Counted from the stretch's first letter, positions 37,626-47,254 are shown. The stretch is 64,000 bases of DNA from Paracoccaceae bacterium (GCA_018223085.1 JAAEZB010000004.1:6284-70283); one strand, 5' to 3'. Numbers and translations: made by a program. Notes: generated by a model from the sequence alone, not told the origin.

Positions 37626-38729
37626 ATGAAGTTTACCAAACTGACCGCACTGGCGCTTTCGACTGCGATTTGCGCACCGGCGGCGTTCGCGGCTGACATG
37701 GCCGATGAAATGACCATCGTGTCCTGGGGCGGCGCTTACTCCAAGTCGCAGCTGAAGGCTTATCACGAGCCCTATTCGGCAAAGACCGGCGTCAAAATCA
37801 TCAACGACGAGAGCTCGGCAGAAGCCGTGGCTAAGCTGCGCGCGATGAACGAAGCCGGCAACGTGACCTGGGACGTGGTTGACGTTGTGGCCGCCGACGC
37901 GATGCGTCTGTGCGACGAAGGCCTGGCGATGGAAATCGATCCGGACACCCAGCTCGCTCCGGCACCTGATGGCACCTCGGCCGCAGATGACTTCGGTGAT
38001 CTGCTCGTTTCCGAGTGCTTCATCCCGCAGATCGTTTACTCGACCACCTTCGGCTATCGCACCGACCTCGTTGGCGATACTGCGCCGACCAGCGTCTGCG
38101 CCGTCTTCGATCTCGAAGCCTACCCGGGCAAACGCGCGCTTGAAAAGCGCCCGATCAACAACATGGAATGGGCCCTGCTCTGCGACGGTGTGCCGAAGGA
38201 CGAAGTCTATAACGTTCTGGAAACCGAAGCCGGTCAGGAGCAGGCACTTGCCAAGCTCGACACCATCAAAGACAGCGTTGTCTGGTGGTCGGCTGGTGCT
38301 GACACTCCGCAGCTTCTCGCTGACGGCGAAGTCGTGATGGGTTCGACCTATAACGGTCGTCTGTTCTCGGTCATCGAAGAGCAGAAACAGCCGGTCGCCA
38401 TGCTCTGGGATGCGCAGGTGTTCGATCTTGACGGTTGGATCATCCCGGCAGGTCTGAGCGAAGAGCGTAAGGCACGCGCTCTGGACTACATCATGTTCGC
38501 AACCGACACGCAGCGTCTCGCGGATCAGGCCAAGTTCATCTCCTATGGCCCGGCACGTAAGTCGTCGGCTCCGCTGGTTGGTAAGCACGCTGAGCTCGGC
38601 ATCGACATGGCGCCACACATGCCGACCGATCCGGAAAACGCCAAGAACACCTTCCTCTACAACTACGAGTTCTGGGCTGATTATCGCGACGACATCGACG
38701 CGAAATTCCAGGCTTGGCTCGCTAAGTGA
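37626..38729 (+). CDS. polyamine/opine-type ABC transporter substrate-binding protein
   Basis: Signal peptide; VSWGGAY, WDVVD, YNGR motifs. Confidence 0.9.
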   Translation: MKFTKLTALALSTAICAPAAFAADMADEMTIVSWGGAYSKSQLKAYHEPYSAKTGVKIINDESSAEAVAKLRAMNEAGNVTWDVVDVVAADAMRLCDEGLAMEIDPDTQLAPAPDGTSAADDFGDLLVSECFIPQIVYSTTFGYRTDLVGDTAPTSVCAVFDLEAYPGKRALEKRPINNMEWALLCDGVPKDEVYNVLETEAGQEQALAKLDTIKDSVVWWSAGADTPQLLADGEVVMGSTYNGRLFSVIEEQKQPVAMLWDAQVFDLDGWIIPAGLSEERKARALDYIMFATDTQRLADQAKFISYGPARKSSAPLVGKHAELGIDMAPHMPTDPENAKNTFLYNYEFWADYRDDIDAKFQAWLAK

Positions 38730-38747
38730 TCTGGTGATCTGAACGAC

Positions 38748-38774
38748 GCGGAGGGGCGATGCACGCCCCTCCGC
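38748..38774 (+). other. intergenic stem-loop after the binding-protein gene (mRNA stabiliser)
   Basis: GCGGAGGGGCG-atgca-CGCCCCTCCGC, no U-tract. Confidence 0.6.
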
Positions 38775-38851
38775 AACCGATGCAAACCCGCATCGCATTG
38801 TCCATACGGACCAAATGAGCGCCGAAAACAGGCGTCACAACGGGGAGCCCC

Positions 38852-40123
38852 ATGAGCGACACCACCGATACCGGCCCGGTTCTTGCGGCCGACGGCACAC
38901 CGCTTAAGCGCAGTCTCGCACGCGCCCTTCGAATGCAGAAGCTCCGCGCTCTGATGCTCATCGCGCCTCTGCTTCTATTTGTCCTTCTGACCTTCATTCT
39001 CCCGATTGTGGATATGCTTTTCCGCTCGGTCGAGAACCAGATCGTTTCGGAAACGCTTCCGAAAACGGTTGTGGAACTGCAGGAATGGGACGCCAGTTCT
39101 GGCGAAGCCCCAGGCGAAGCCGTTTTCGCGGCGCTTGCGGCGGACATGAAAATCGCCGTTGAGGCGAAAACGCATACGCGCCTTGGCTCTCGCCTTAACT
39201 ATGAAAAGACGGGCCTGTCATCGCTGTTCCGCAAGTCGGGCCGCAAGGTCAAACGCTGGGATCTGGCTGAGGACGCACCGTTCAAACAGAAATTTATCGA
39301 TATCGATGAGGATTGGGGAGACGTGGACGTCTGGCGCACGCTTCAGACGTATAGCCCGGCCTTCACCAACGGCTATTTCCTGAACTCGATCGACATGCAG
39401 AAGGGCGTTGATGGTCCTGAGGCCCGGCCTGAGAACCAACAAATTTACATTACGCTTTTTGGTCGGACGCTTTTCATGTCCCTCGTGATTACGGCAAGCT
39501 GTATCTTGCTTGGCTATCCGGTGGCATGGATTCTTGCGAACCTGCCATCCCGCACGGCCAACCTGTTGATGATCCTTGTGCTTCTGCCCTTCTGGACATC
39601 ACTTCTTGTGCGGACCTCCGCGTGGAAAGTGATGCTGCAACAACAGGGGGTGATCAACGATGTGTTGGTCTGGCTGGGCTTGGTGGCCGACGATTCCCGA
39701 TTGGTCATGATAAACAACCAGTTCGGCACGATCGTCGCCATGACGCATATTCTCCTGCCGTTCATGATCCTGCCGATGTATTCGGTGATGCAGACCATCG
39801 CGCCAACCTATCTGCGCGCGGCGAAATCGCTTGGGGCGACGAACTGGACCGCCTTCTGGCGGGTCTATTTCCCGCAATCCGTGCCGGGTATTGGCGCTGG
39901 ATCGATCCTCGTCTTCATTCTTGCCATCGGCTACTACATCACCCCGGAAATCGTGGGTGGCACCAAGGGTGTCTTCATCTCGAACCGGATCGCCTACCAC
40001 ATTTCGAGTTCGCTCAACTGGGGCCTTGCGGCCGCATTGGGGACGATCCTCCTTGCCGTGGTTCTGCTTCTGTACTGGGCCTATGACAAGATCGTCGGCA
40101 TCGACAACGTGAAACTGGGATAA
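38852..40123 (+). CDS. ABC permease (PotB-like) with a large soluble insertion
   Basis: LLPFWTSLLVRT, RAAKSLGA, GYYITP. Confidence 0.9.
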   Translation: MSDTTDTGPVLAADGTPLKRSLARALRMQKLRALMLIAPLLLFVLLTFILPIVDMLFRSVENQIVSETLPKTVVELQEWDASSGEAPGEAVFAALAADMKIAVEAKTHTRLGSRLNYEKTGLSSLFRKSGRKVKRWDLAEDAPFKQKFIDIDEDWGDVDVWRTLQTYSPAFTNGYFLNSIDMQKGVDGPEARPENQQIYITLFGRTLFMSLVITASCILLGYPVAWILANLPSRTANLLMILVLLPFWTSLLVRTSAWKVMLQQQGVINDVLVWLGLVADDSRLVMINNQFGTIVAMTHILLPFMILPMYSVMQTIAPTYLRAAKSLGATNWTAFWRVYFPQSVPGIGAGSILVFILAIGYYITPEIVGGTKGVFISNRIAYHISSSLNWGLAAALGTILLAVVLLLYWAYDKIVGIDNVKLG

Positions 40124-40128
40124 GAGAC

Positions 40129-41304
40129 ATGGCACTAACACCCGTTACTCCGCAGACCCCAGGTTTCACCGCCGCGGCTTCCGCTGCTCTAGGTGCCTTC
40201 TTTGGGCTTTTCATCGGCACGGCCCAAGGGTCCGGTCTTCTCGGCATCCTGATTGGCGCGGGTCTTCTTGCCGCGCTGGCCTTCGTGTTCAAAACGGTCT
40301 TCACGCAGGAAAAAACCGCGCGCCTTGCGACACTGCTTGGCTTTGGCGTGGTGGGCTTTGCCCTCGGCGGTGTGCCGGGGCTTATTCTTGGAGCGCTGCT
40401 TGGCTGGTTCTTTGGCTGGTTCATCTTCTGGATCGGTGAGAGCCGGTATCGTCAGAAACTTGTGCCTTACCTCACGCCGGGACAGGTGCTCTGGCACTAT
40501 GCTTTCCGTGTGATCTGTGGTGCGATCTTCGTATTCCTGATTACGCCGATCCTCGTGGTTTTGCCGCTTTCCTTCAACGCGCAGGATTTCTTTACCTTCA
40601 CGCCGGAGATGCTTCAGTTCAAAGCCGAGGGCTATTCTCTCAAGCATTACAGAGACTTCCTGACCAGTAGTGACTGGCAGAACAGTTTGAAGAACTCGGT
40701 GATGATCGCACCGATGGCGACAATCCTGTCGGTGACCTTTGGCACGCTGGCGGCGATTGGTCTGAGCTCGGAGCACGTCCCGTTCCGGCGGGCGATCATG
40801 GCGATCCTGATTTCGCCGATGATTGTACCGCTCATCATTTCGGCCGCTGGCATGTATTTCTTCTATAGCCGTATCGGTCTTCAGGGGACGTATCTTGGGG
40901 TTGTTCTGGCCCACGCGGCGCTTGGGATTCCCTTTGTCATCATCACGGTGACGGCGACGCTTGTCGGGTTTGACCGTTCGCTGACTCGTGCGGCGGCGAA
41001 TATGGGGGCGAACCCGGTGACGACCTTCTTCAAGGTACAGATGCCGCTCATCCTTCCGGGTGTGGTTTCCGGTGGTCTCTTCGCCTTTATTACCTCGTTT
41101 GACGAGGTTGTGGTGGTGCTCTTCGTCGGTTCCGCAGGACAGAAAACCCTTCCGTGGCAGATGTTTACCGGCCTTCGCGAACAGATCAGCCCGACCATCC
41201 TCGCCGTGGCGACGATCCTTGTGGGGATTTCGATCCTGCTTCTGACGACGGTAGAACTCTTGCGCCGCCGGTCGGAGCGCCTGCGGGGGATGTCGCCGCA
41301 GTAA
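40129..41304 (+). CDS. ABC permease (PotC-like) with a Gly-rich N-terminal TM extension
   Basis: SPMIVP, RAAANMGA, FITSFDEVV. Confidence 0.9.
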   Translation: MALTPVTPQTPGFTAAASAALGAFFGLFIGTAQGSGLLGILIGAGLLAALAFVFKTVFTQEKTARLATLLGFGVVGFALGGVPGLILGALLGWFFGWFIFWIGESRYRQKLVPYLTPGQVLWHYAFRVICGAIFVFLITPILVVLPLSFNAQDFFTFTPEMLQFKAEGYSLKHYRDFLTSSDWQNSLKNSVMIAPMATILSVTFGTLAAIGLSSEHVPFRRAIMAILISPMIVPLIISAAGMYFFYSRIGLQGTYLGVVLAHAALGIPFVIITVTATLVGFDRSLTRAAANMGANPVTTFFKVQMPLILPGVVSGGLFAFITSFDEVVVVLFVGSAGQKTLPWQMFTGLREQISPTILAVATILVGISILLLTTVELLRRRSERLRGMSPQ

Positions 41305-41334
41305 GCGGCAGCGTTCGACCGTTAATGAGATATG

Positions 41335-41361
41335 AAGGGGGCGTGCGCGCCCCCTTTTTTA
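41335..41361. terminator. rho-independent terminator between convergent genes
   Basis: AAGGGGGCG-tgcg-CGCCCCCTTTTTT. Confidence 0.8.
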
Positions 41362-42741
41362 TCGTTTGACGGTGCCCGCCCCGGCACCAGATCCGCCGCC
41401 GGCCTTGCGAAGCTGGTTCAAAATTGCCAGCGACGCATAGCCATCGGGCGTGAGGCCCTTGGCCTCCTGATAGGCCCTTACGGCGTTGATCGTCAGCGGT
41501 CCGATCTTGCCATCAATCTTTTGCGTATCGAACCCGGCGCGTGTCAGGCGGCGCTGAAGCTCTTGACGCTCTTTAAATGTCAACGCGCGGTCGCCGTGGG
41601 GCCATTTTCCCTTGATCGGCGGTCCGCCCTTGATCCGATCACTCAGATGGCCGACGCCGATCACATAGGCATCTGCGGTGTTGTATTTCTCAATCGCAGA
41701 AAAGTTCGAAAAAATCATGAACGCAGCGCCATTGCCGCCAGCGGGCAACAGGATCGAGCCGTTGCCGTGGCTATTGGGCACAGCGCGGCCGTTCATATCG
41801 GTGACGCCCATCGCAGCCCATTGGGAGGGCGATTTGATGATTTTGCGGTTGGCAAGCGTGTAGTTGAAGCCTTTGGGCAGGTTCACCTCAACGCCCCAGG
41901 GCTTACCCTGTTTCCAGCCAGATTTCGCCAGATAGGCCGCCGTGGAGGCGAGCGCGTCGGTCGGATCATCGGACCAGATGTCGCGTTTGCCATCGCCGGT
42001 AAAGTCGACGGCGAAGCTCTGGTAGGAGGTGGGAATAAACTGGGTATGGCCCATGGCACCGGCCCAACTTCCGGTCATACGGTTGGCGGTCACGTCGCCA
42101 TTTTGAAGGATTTTCAAAGCCGCAAGCAATTGAGCTTCAAAGAATTTTCCGCGCCGTCCGTCATAGGCCAGCGTTGCCAGGGCCTCGATGATAGGGGTGC
42201 TGCCGCGGTAGGTGCCGTAGGCGCTTTCGAGGCCCCAGATGGCGGTGACGACTTCTTTGTCGACACCATAGCGGCGTTCGATCGCTTCAAGCGTGCGGCG
42301 GTGTTTGCGCAGGGCGGCCTTGCCGTTGCGAATCCGTGTGTCGGAGGCGGCGGAGGCGAGGTAATCCCAGATCGTCTTGGTAAATTCGGACTGGTTGCGG
42401 TCCTTCTGGATCACGTCCGTGTTGTAGCGCACGCCGCGAAAGGCGCGGTCAAAGACCGAGGCCTGAACCCCGGCAGAAAGAGCGCGGGAACGGAAAGATT
42501 TGACCCAGCGCTCAAAGCCAAGATTACCTGCGGTTTCAGTGGCTTGTGGAACAACTGTCGCAGAGTCTAGCACGCGCAATTGCGGGCGCAGGGACTGTAG
42601 CGGCGCGGCGGCGGCCAGTGTGATTTCGGTATCCTGCGCAAGACGCAGAACCGGACGCGGCGACTGCGCCGGGGCGTTGGCGAGGGCCGGGGTGCCAAGG
42701 GCCGTGGCCCCAAGAAGAAGGCCCAGAATCGGGGATCGCAT
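41359..42741 (-). CDS. lytic murein transglycosylase, MltB/SltB family, with C-terminal peptidoglycan-binding domain
   Basis: IWGLESAYG, GSWAGAMGHTQFIP, DFTGDGKRD EF-hand, DGKIGPLT...DG PG-binding domain. Confidence 0.93.
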   Translation of the reverse strand: MRSPILGLLLGATALGTPALANAPAQSPRPVLRLAQDTEITLAAAAPLQSLRPQLRVLDSATVVPQATETAGNLGFERWVKSFRSRALSAGVQASVFDRAFRGVRYNTDVIQKDRNQSEFTKTIWDYLASAASDTRIRNGKAALRKHRRTLEAIERRYGVDKEVVTAIWGLESAYGTYRGSTPIIEALATLAYDGRRGKFFEAQLLAALKILQNGDVTANRMTGSWAGAMGHTQFIPTSYQSFAVDFTGDGKRDIWSDDPTDALASTAAYLAKSGWKQGKPWGVEVNLPKGFNYTLANRKIIKSPSQWAAMGVTDMNGRAVPNSHGNGSILLPAGGNGAAFMIFSNFSAIEKYNTADAYVIGVGHLSDRIKGGPPIKGKWPHGDRALTFKERQELQRRLTRAGFDTQKIDGKIGPLTINAVRAYQEAKGLTPDGYASLAILNQLRKAGGGSGAGAGTVKR

Positions 42742-42852
42742 CGTTTTTGCCTCGTTATATTTTCCACCATTCTAGCGCGATTTGCGCCCTCCCGGAAGCA
42801 ACCCTCACGACACCACGCGGGGAATTGCCGACAAAGGTTAACGCCAAAACCC

Positions 42853-42885
42853 ACGTCGGTATTACGTCGGTATCGCGTATGTATC
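42853..42885. repeat. three imperfect 11-bp tandem units
   Basis: ACGTCGGTATT/ACGTCGGTATC/GCGTATGTATC, flanked by GGTTAACG at 42836 and 42933. Confidence 0.6.
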
Positions 42886-42963
42886 GCGGTGGTGCGGGCG
42901 TCGCGCGGGATAAAACCTTACGCAAGCGCACGGGTTAACGAAGTCTTGCAAGAAAACCGAGGC

Positions 42964-45213
42964 CTAGCGGCGGCGGTTGACCTTGCGTTGGGTCTTGGCA
43001 GTTTTCTTGCGCGCCTTGCCCTCTTTGCGGCGCACTGGCTTGCCGCGACCGCGTTTGGGGCCTTGTGGGATCGACTTGTCATCAATGGAGAGAAGTTCGA
43101 GCGCGATACCGCCGGTGACCGGCGCGGCCTCGGCAAGGCGGACGGTGACGCGTTGGCCAAGGCCGAGGGTCAGCCCGGTATCAGAGCCGCGCAGGGTCTG
43201 GCTCTCTTGGTCATATTTGAAATACTCCCGGCCAAGGTTGCGCATCGGGATGAGGCCATCGGCGCCCGTCTCGTCGAGCTTCACAAAGACGCCAAAGCGG
43301 GCGATGCCGCTGATCCGGCCTGCGAACTCATTGCCGATACGGTCGGCAAGATAGGCGGCGAGGTAGCGGTCATTGGTATCGCGCTCGGCCAGCATGGAGC
43401 GGCGTTCGGTATCCGAGATATGGCCGGCGGTATTCTCAAGATCCTCGACCCCTTGCGGCGATAGCCCGTCATCGCCCCAACCATGCGCCGAGATCAGCGC
43501 GCGGTGCACGATAAGATCGGCATAGCGGCGGATCGGTGAGGTAAAGTGGGCGTAGGCCTGAAGCGCGAGGCCGAAATGGCCGAAATTCGACGGGCTATAA
43601 TAGGCCTGTGTCATCGAACGCAGGGTCGAGATGTTGATAAGCTCGGCATCCTCGGTCCCGGCGGCGGCGTCCAGAAGCGCGTTGAGGTGCTGCGTCTTGA
43701 GAACCTGTCCCTTGGCGAGGGTAAAGCCCGCGGCCTGCGCCGTTTCGCGTAGGGCGTCGAGCTTTTCGGGGTTGGGCTCTTCATGCACCCGGAAGAGAAG
43801 CGGCGAACGCGCGGCGATGAGGGTTTCGGCGGCGGCCACATTGGCGAGGATCATGAATTCCTCGATGAGCTTATGCGCGTCGAACCGGTCGCGGAACATG
43901 ACCGAGGCCACATGACCTTCGGGGGTCAGTTCGACTTTGCGCTCGGGCAGGTCGAGGTGCAGCGGCTGACGCACGGCGCGGGCCTTGGTCAGGGCGATAT
44001 AGGCCTCGTAGAGGGGATTGATGACCTCTTCCATAAGGGGGGCGCAGCGTTCGTTGGGATTGCCGTCGCGGGCCTCTTGCACTTCGGCGTAGTTGAGCGA
44101 GGCGACAGAGCGCATCATGCCGCGCACAAAACGGTGGCCGATCTTGTGGCCCTTGGCGTCGATCTGCATCCGCACGGCGAGGCAGGCGCGCGGCACGCCT
44201 TCGTGCAGCGAGCAGAGATCGCCCGAGAGGCGGTCGGGCAGCATGGGCACAACGCGGTCGGGGAAATAGGAGGAGTTGCCGCGTTTGCGGGCCTCGCGGT
44301 CGAGGTCCGAGCCGGGGGTGACGTAATGGGCGACATCGGCGATGGCGACCCAGATGACGTGCCCGCCTTCGTTCTTGGGGTCATCATCGGCATGGGCCCA
44401 GCAGGCATCGTCATGGTCGCGCGCATCCGCCGGGTCAATCGTAACAAGGGGCATGTCGCGCATGTCGTCGCGTTTGCCCAAGGGGGCGGGTTTGGCGGCG
44501 TCGGCCTCGGCGATGACACGATCGGGGAAGGCATCGGGGATGCCGTGTTGATGGATCGCGATGAGGGAGACGGCCTTGGGCGCAGACGGATCGCCGAGGC
44601 GCTCGACGACTTTGGCGCGCGGCAGGCCGAGGCGGCCCTTGGGGCCGGTTTGCTGGGCTTCGACGAGTTCACCGTCCTTGGCGCCGTTGATGCCTTCGTT
44701 GAGCACCTGCCATTCTTTGCCGTCGCCCTTGTCGATGGGCAGGATGCGGCCCCCTTCGGCGGTCAGGCGGAAAATGCCGAGCACGCGCTTGGGATTGGTG
44801 CCGATGCGGCGGATGAGGCGGCCCTCGTAGCGCCATGCCTCGCCTTGGACCTCGGTCAGGCGGGCGAGGATGCGGTCGCCCTGGCCCAGGGCCGGGTCGG
44901 AGGCGCGGGGGATGACGAGGATCAGGGGTTCTTCGCTTTCGCCCTGCCATTCAAGCGGGCGGGCGTAGAGATCGCCATCGGAATCCGGGCCGCTGATCTG
45001 CAAGACCGAAACGGGCGGCAGGCTATCGGGATCGCGGTAGGACGATTTGCGTTTCGACAGGTGGCCTTCTTCCTCAAGCTCCTTCAGCAGGCGTTTGAGG
45101 TCGATCCGCGCGGCGCCTTTGATGCCGAAGGCTTTGGCGATGTCGCGCTTGGAGGTCAGGGTCGGGTTTTCGGAAATCCAGTCGAGGATCTCGGCTTTGG
45201 TCGGTATACGCAT
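42964..45213 (-). CDS. rnr: ribonuclease R
   Basis: TIDPADARDHDDA, VAIADV, HFTSPIRRYADL, S1 domain, basic tail. Confidence 0.97.
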   Translation of the reverse strand: MRIPTKAEILDWISENPTLTSKRDIAKAFGIKGAARIDLKRLLKELEEEGHLSKRKSSYRDPDSLPPVSVLQISGPDSDGDLYARPLEWQGESEEPLILVIPRASDPALGQGDRILARLTEVQGEAWRYEGRLIRRIGTNPKRVLGIFRLTAEGGRILPIDKGDGKEWQVLNEGINGAKDGELVEAQQTGPKGRLGLPRAKVVERLGDPSAPKAVSLIAIHQHGIPDAFPDRVIAEADAAKPAPLGKRDDMRDMPLVTIDPADARDHDDACWAHADDDPKNEGGHVIWVAIADVAHYVTPGSDLDREARKRGNSSYFPDRVVPMLPDRLSGDLCSLHEGVPRACLAVRMQIDAKGHKIGHRFVRGMMRSVASLNYAEVQEARDGNPNERCAPLMEEVINPLYEAYIALTKARAVRQPLHLDLPERKVELTPEGHVASVMFRDRFDAHKLIEEFMILANVAAAETLIAARSPLLFRVHEEPNPEKLDALRETAQAAGFTLAKGQVLKTQHLNALLDAAAGTEDAELINISTLRSMTQAYYSPSNFGHFGLALQAYAHFTSPIRRYADLIVHRALISAHGWGDDGLSPQGVEDLENTAGHISDTERRSMLAERDTNDRYLAAYLADRIGNEFAGRISGIARFGVFVKLDETGADGLIPMRNLGREYFKYDQESQTLRGSDTGLTLGLGQRVTVRLAEAAPVTGGIALELLSIDDKSIPQGPKRGRGKPVRRKEGKARKKTAKTQRKVNRRR

Positions 45214-45261
45214 GGATTTGCCCTAGCACGGGGCGCGGGGCGCGTCATCGGGAAAAAGGGG

Positions 45262-45384
45262 GAGGGGCGCTGCCCCTCTTGGTTGCCCAAGCATGTCGCG
45301 CAAAAGTGGGAACCGGTTTTGCGCTTCTCGGACATGCGCCCCAGAAGCCCTAATTCACCCCGGGATATTTTTGGCAAGAGGAAG
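45262..45384. repeat. composite intergenic palindromic repeat: hairpin/GGGATATTT element with a nested CIR/RIME-like unit
   Basis: GAGGGGCGCTGCCCCTC hairpin; inner GCATGTCGCGCAAAA...TTTTGCGC...GACATGC (45291-45337); tail CCCCGGGATATTTTTGGCAAGAGGAAG recurs near 59757-59782. Confidence 0.75.
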
Positions 45385-45948
45385 ATCTGCGGCGGTGTCG
45401 ACATCGTGGAGCGGTGTGATCCGGGCGATGCGGTGGTGGGGCAGGGTGGCCATTGAGTCGGCAAGCGCGTGTTCGGTGGACCAGCGGGTGTTTTGCAGGA
45501 AACCGGCGGGCGGAGTGTGTTTGAGGCCGATAAGCCAATAGCCACCATCCATGGCCGGGCCAAAGACGGCATCGTTTGCACCAAGGGCCGCGAAGGCCTC
45601 GGCGATGTGGGGGCGGCGGATGCCGGGGATGTCGGCGCCGATGATGCAGGTGGGGCCGGGGGGCCGCGACCGTAGGAGGCGGGCCATGCGGTCGCCAAGA
45701 TCGCCCGGTCCTTGAGGGAGGCGCGGAAGGTGCGCGGGCCAGATACGAGAGGCGAGGCCTTCGTGGTCGGGGGAGACGGCGAGGTATGTATCCCAGCGCG
45801 GATCGGTGATACGGCGCAGGAGGGCGGCGCTCTGATGGCGGAACCACCATGCGGCGCGCGTCATGCCGATATCGTGCCCGAGCCGTGTCTTGACGCGACC
45901 GGGGCGCGGCTCCTTGACCATGACGATGAGGCGCGGGCGACGGGGCAT
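45355..45948 (-). CDS. DUF2064 / TIGR04282-type nucleotide-diphospho-sugar transferase
   Basis: KEPRPGRVKTRL, QGPGDLGDRM, IGADIP, GPAMDGGYWLIG, DVDTAADL. Confidence 0.88.
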   Translation of the reverse strand: MPRRPRLIVMVKEPRPGRVKTRLGHDIGMTRAAWWFRHQSAALLRRITDPRWDTYLAVSPDHEGLASRIWPAHLPRLPQGPGDLGDRMARLLRSRPPGPTCIIGADIPGIRRPHIAEAFAALGANDAVFGPAMDGGYWLIGLKHTPPAGFLQNTRWSTEHALADSMATLPHHRIARITPLHDVDTAADLPLAKNIPG

Positions 45949-45950
45949 TT

Positions 45951-47096
45951 TCAGGCGAAATAGTCTCGAAGGATGCGGCTATAGATGCTTTTGAGTTGAT
46001 GGATTTGATCGACAGGGACGTTTTCATCGACCTTGTGCATGGTCTTGCCGACGAGGCCGAATTCGACCACCGGGCAGTGGTGTTGGACAAAGCGGGCATC
46101 CGAGGTGCCGCCAGAGGTCGAGAGTTCGGGGGTGCGGCCTGTTTCGGCCTCGACCGAGGCGGCGACGAGATCGGAGAGGGGGCCGGGGGGGGTGATGAAG
46201 CTCTCGCCGGAAATCTTGACGGTCATGGCGATGTCGATGCTGGTTTCGGCGGCGATCGCATCGGCGAGGGTCTGCATCCAGTCGGTGAGGGACGCGCCGG
46301 AATGGAGGTCGTTGAAGCGGATATTGACCGTGGCGCGGCATTCGGCGGGGATCACGTTGGTGGCCGGGTTGCCGGTATCCATGGTGACAATGGCGAGGGT
46401 CGAGGCGTCGAAGTGATCCGAGCCTTCGTCGAGCGTATGCGAGGCCATTTGGTCCATCAGGCGTGCCATGGCCGGAAGCGGGTTCTTGGCGCGATGGGGA
46501 TAGGCGGAATGGCCCTGCACGCCGGTGAAGGTAAACCATGCAGTGAGCGAACCACGGCGGCCGATCTTCATCATGTCGCCCATTTCGTTAGGGCAGGTGG
46601 GTTCGCCCACGAGGCAGACGGACATTTTTTCGCCCTTGGCATCCATGTAGTCGAGGAGAGCCGTAGTGCCATCCACGGCATCGCCTTCTTCATCGCCGGT
46701 AATCGTCAGGATGATGGCGCCCTCGGGGGGTGTGTCGCGCACGAGGTCTATGGCGGCGGCGGCAAAGGCGGCGACGCCCGATTTCATGTCGGTTGCCCCA
46801 CGACCGAACATGATCCCGTCCCGGATTTCCGCGCCGAAGGGATCGGCGGTCCAGGCGGCCTCGTCCCCGACGGGAACCACATCGGTATGGCCGTTGAAGC
46901 CAAAGGTCTTGGCATGGCCCTTGTCGCCCCAGCGGGCAAAGAGGTTCGACACGCCGCCGCGATCCACGCGGGTGCAGGCGAACCCGGCGTTCGACAGAAG
47001 CTCTTCAAGCAGCACCAGCGCGCCGCCTTCTTCGGGCGTGACCGAGGGGCAGCGGATCAGGGATGCGGTCAGGGCGGCGGGGTCGGTGACGGGCAT
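45951..47096 (-). CDS. dapE: succinyl-diaminopimelate desuccinylase
   Basis: [43 protein letters not shown]. Confidence 0.97.
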   Translation of the reverse strand: MPVTDPAALTASLIRCPSVTPEEGGALVLLEELLSNAGFACTRVDRGGVSNLFARWGDKGHAKTFGFNGHTDVVPVGDEAAWTADPFGAEIRDGIMFGRGATDMKSGVAAFAAAAIDLVRDTPPEGAIILTITGDEEGDAVDGTTALLDYMDAKGEKMSVCLVGEPTCPNEMGDMMKIGRRGSLTAWFTFTGVQGHSAYPHRAKNPLPAMARLMDQMASHTLDEGSDHFDASTLAIVTMDTGNPATNVIPAECRATVNIRFNDLHSGASLTDWMQTLADAIAAETSIDIAMTVKISGESFITPPGPLSDLVAASVEAETGRTPELSTSGGTSDARFVQHHCPVVEFGLVGKTMHKVDENVPVDQIHQLKSIYSRILRDYFA

Positions 47097-47254
47097 TGCG
47101 GGCTCCTTTGGCGCGGTTTGGCCAAGAGATACCGCGCGCGAGGGGCTGCTTCAATGCAACAGAGAAGACATCGAAAACCGAGAGTTTTCGCCCAGATCGT
47201 CTAAAGGCTTAACAAGGCCAAACAATTCTGGCATTATCGGGGCAATAATAAACC

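Noticed and set aside
42853-42885. CRISPR array
   Set aside because: Units are 11 bp, contiguous, without spacers, and no cas genes are present
43783-45456. 557-aa plus-strand ORF antisense to rnr
   Set aside because: Shadow frame caused by GC-rich codon bias; no recognisable motifs; mostly overlaps a confident gene
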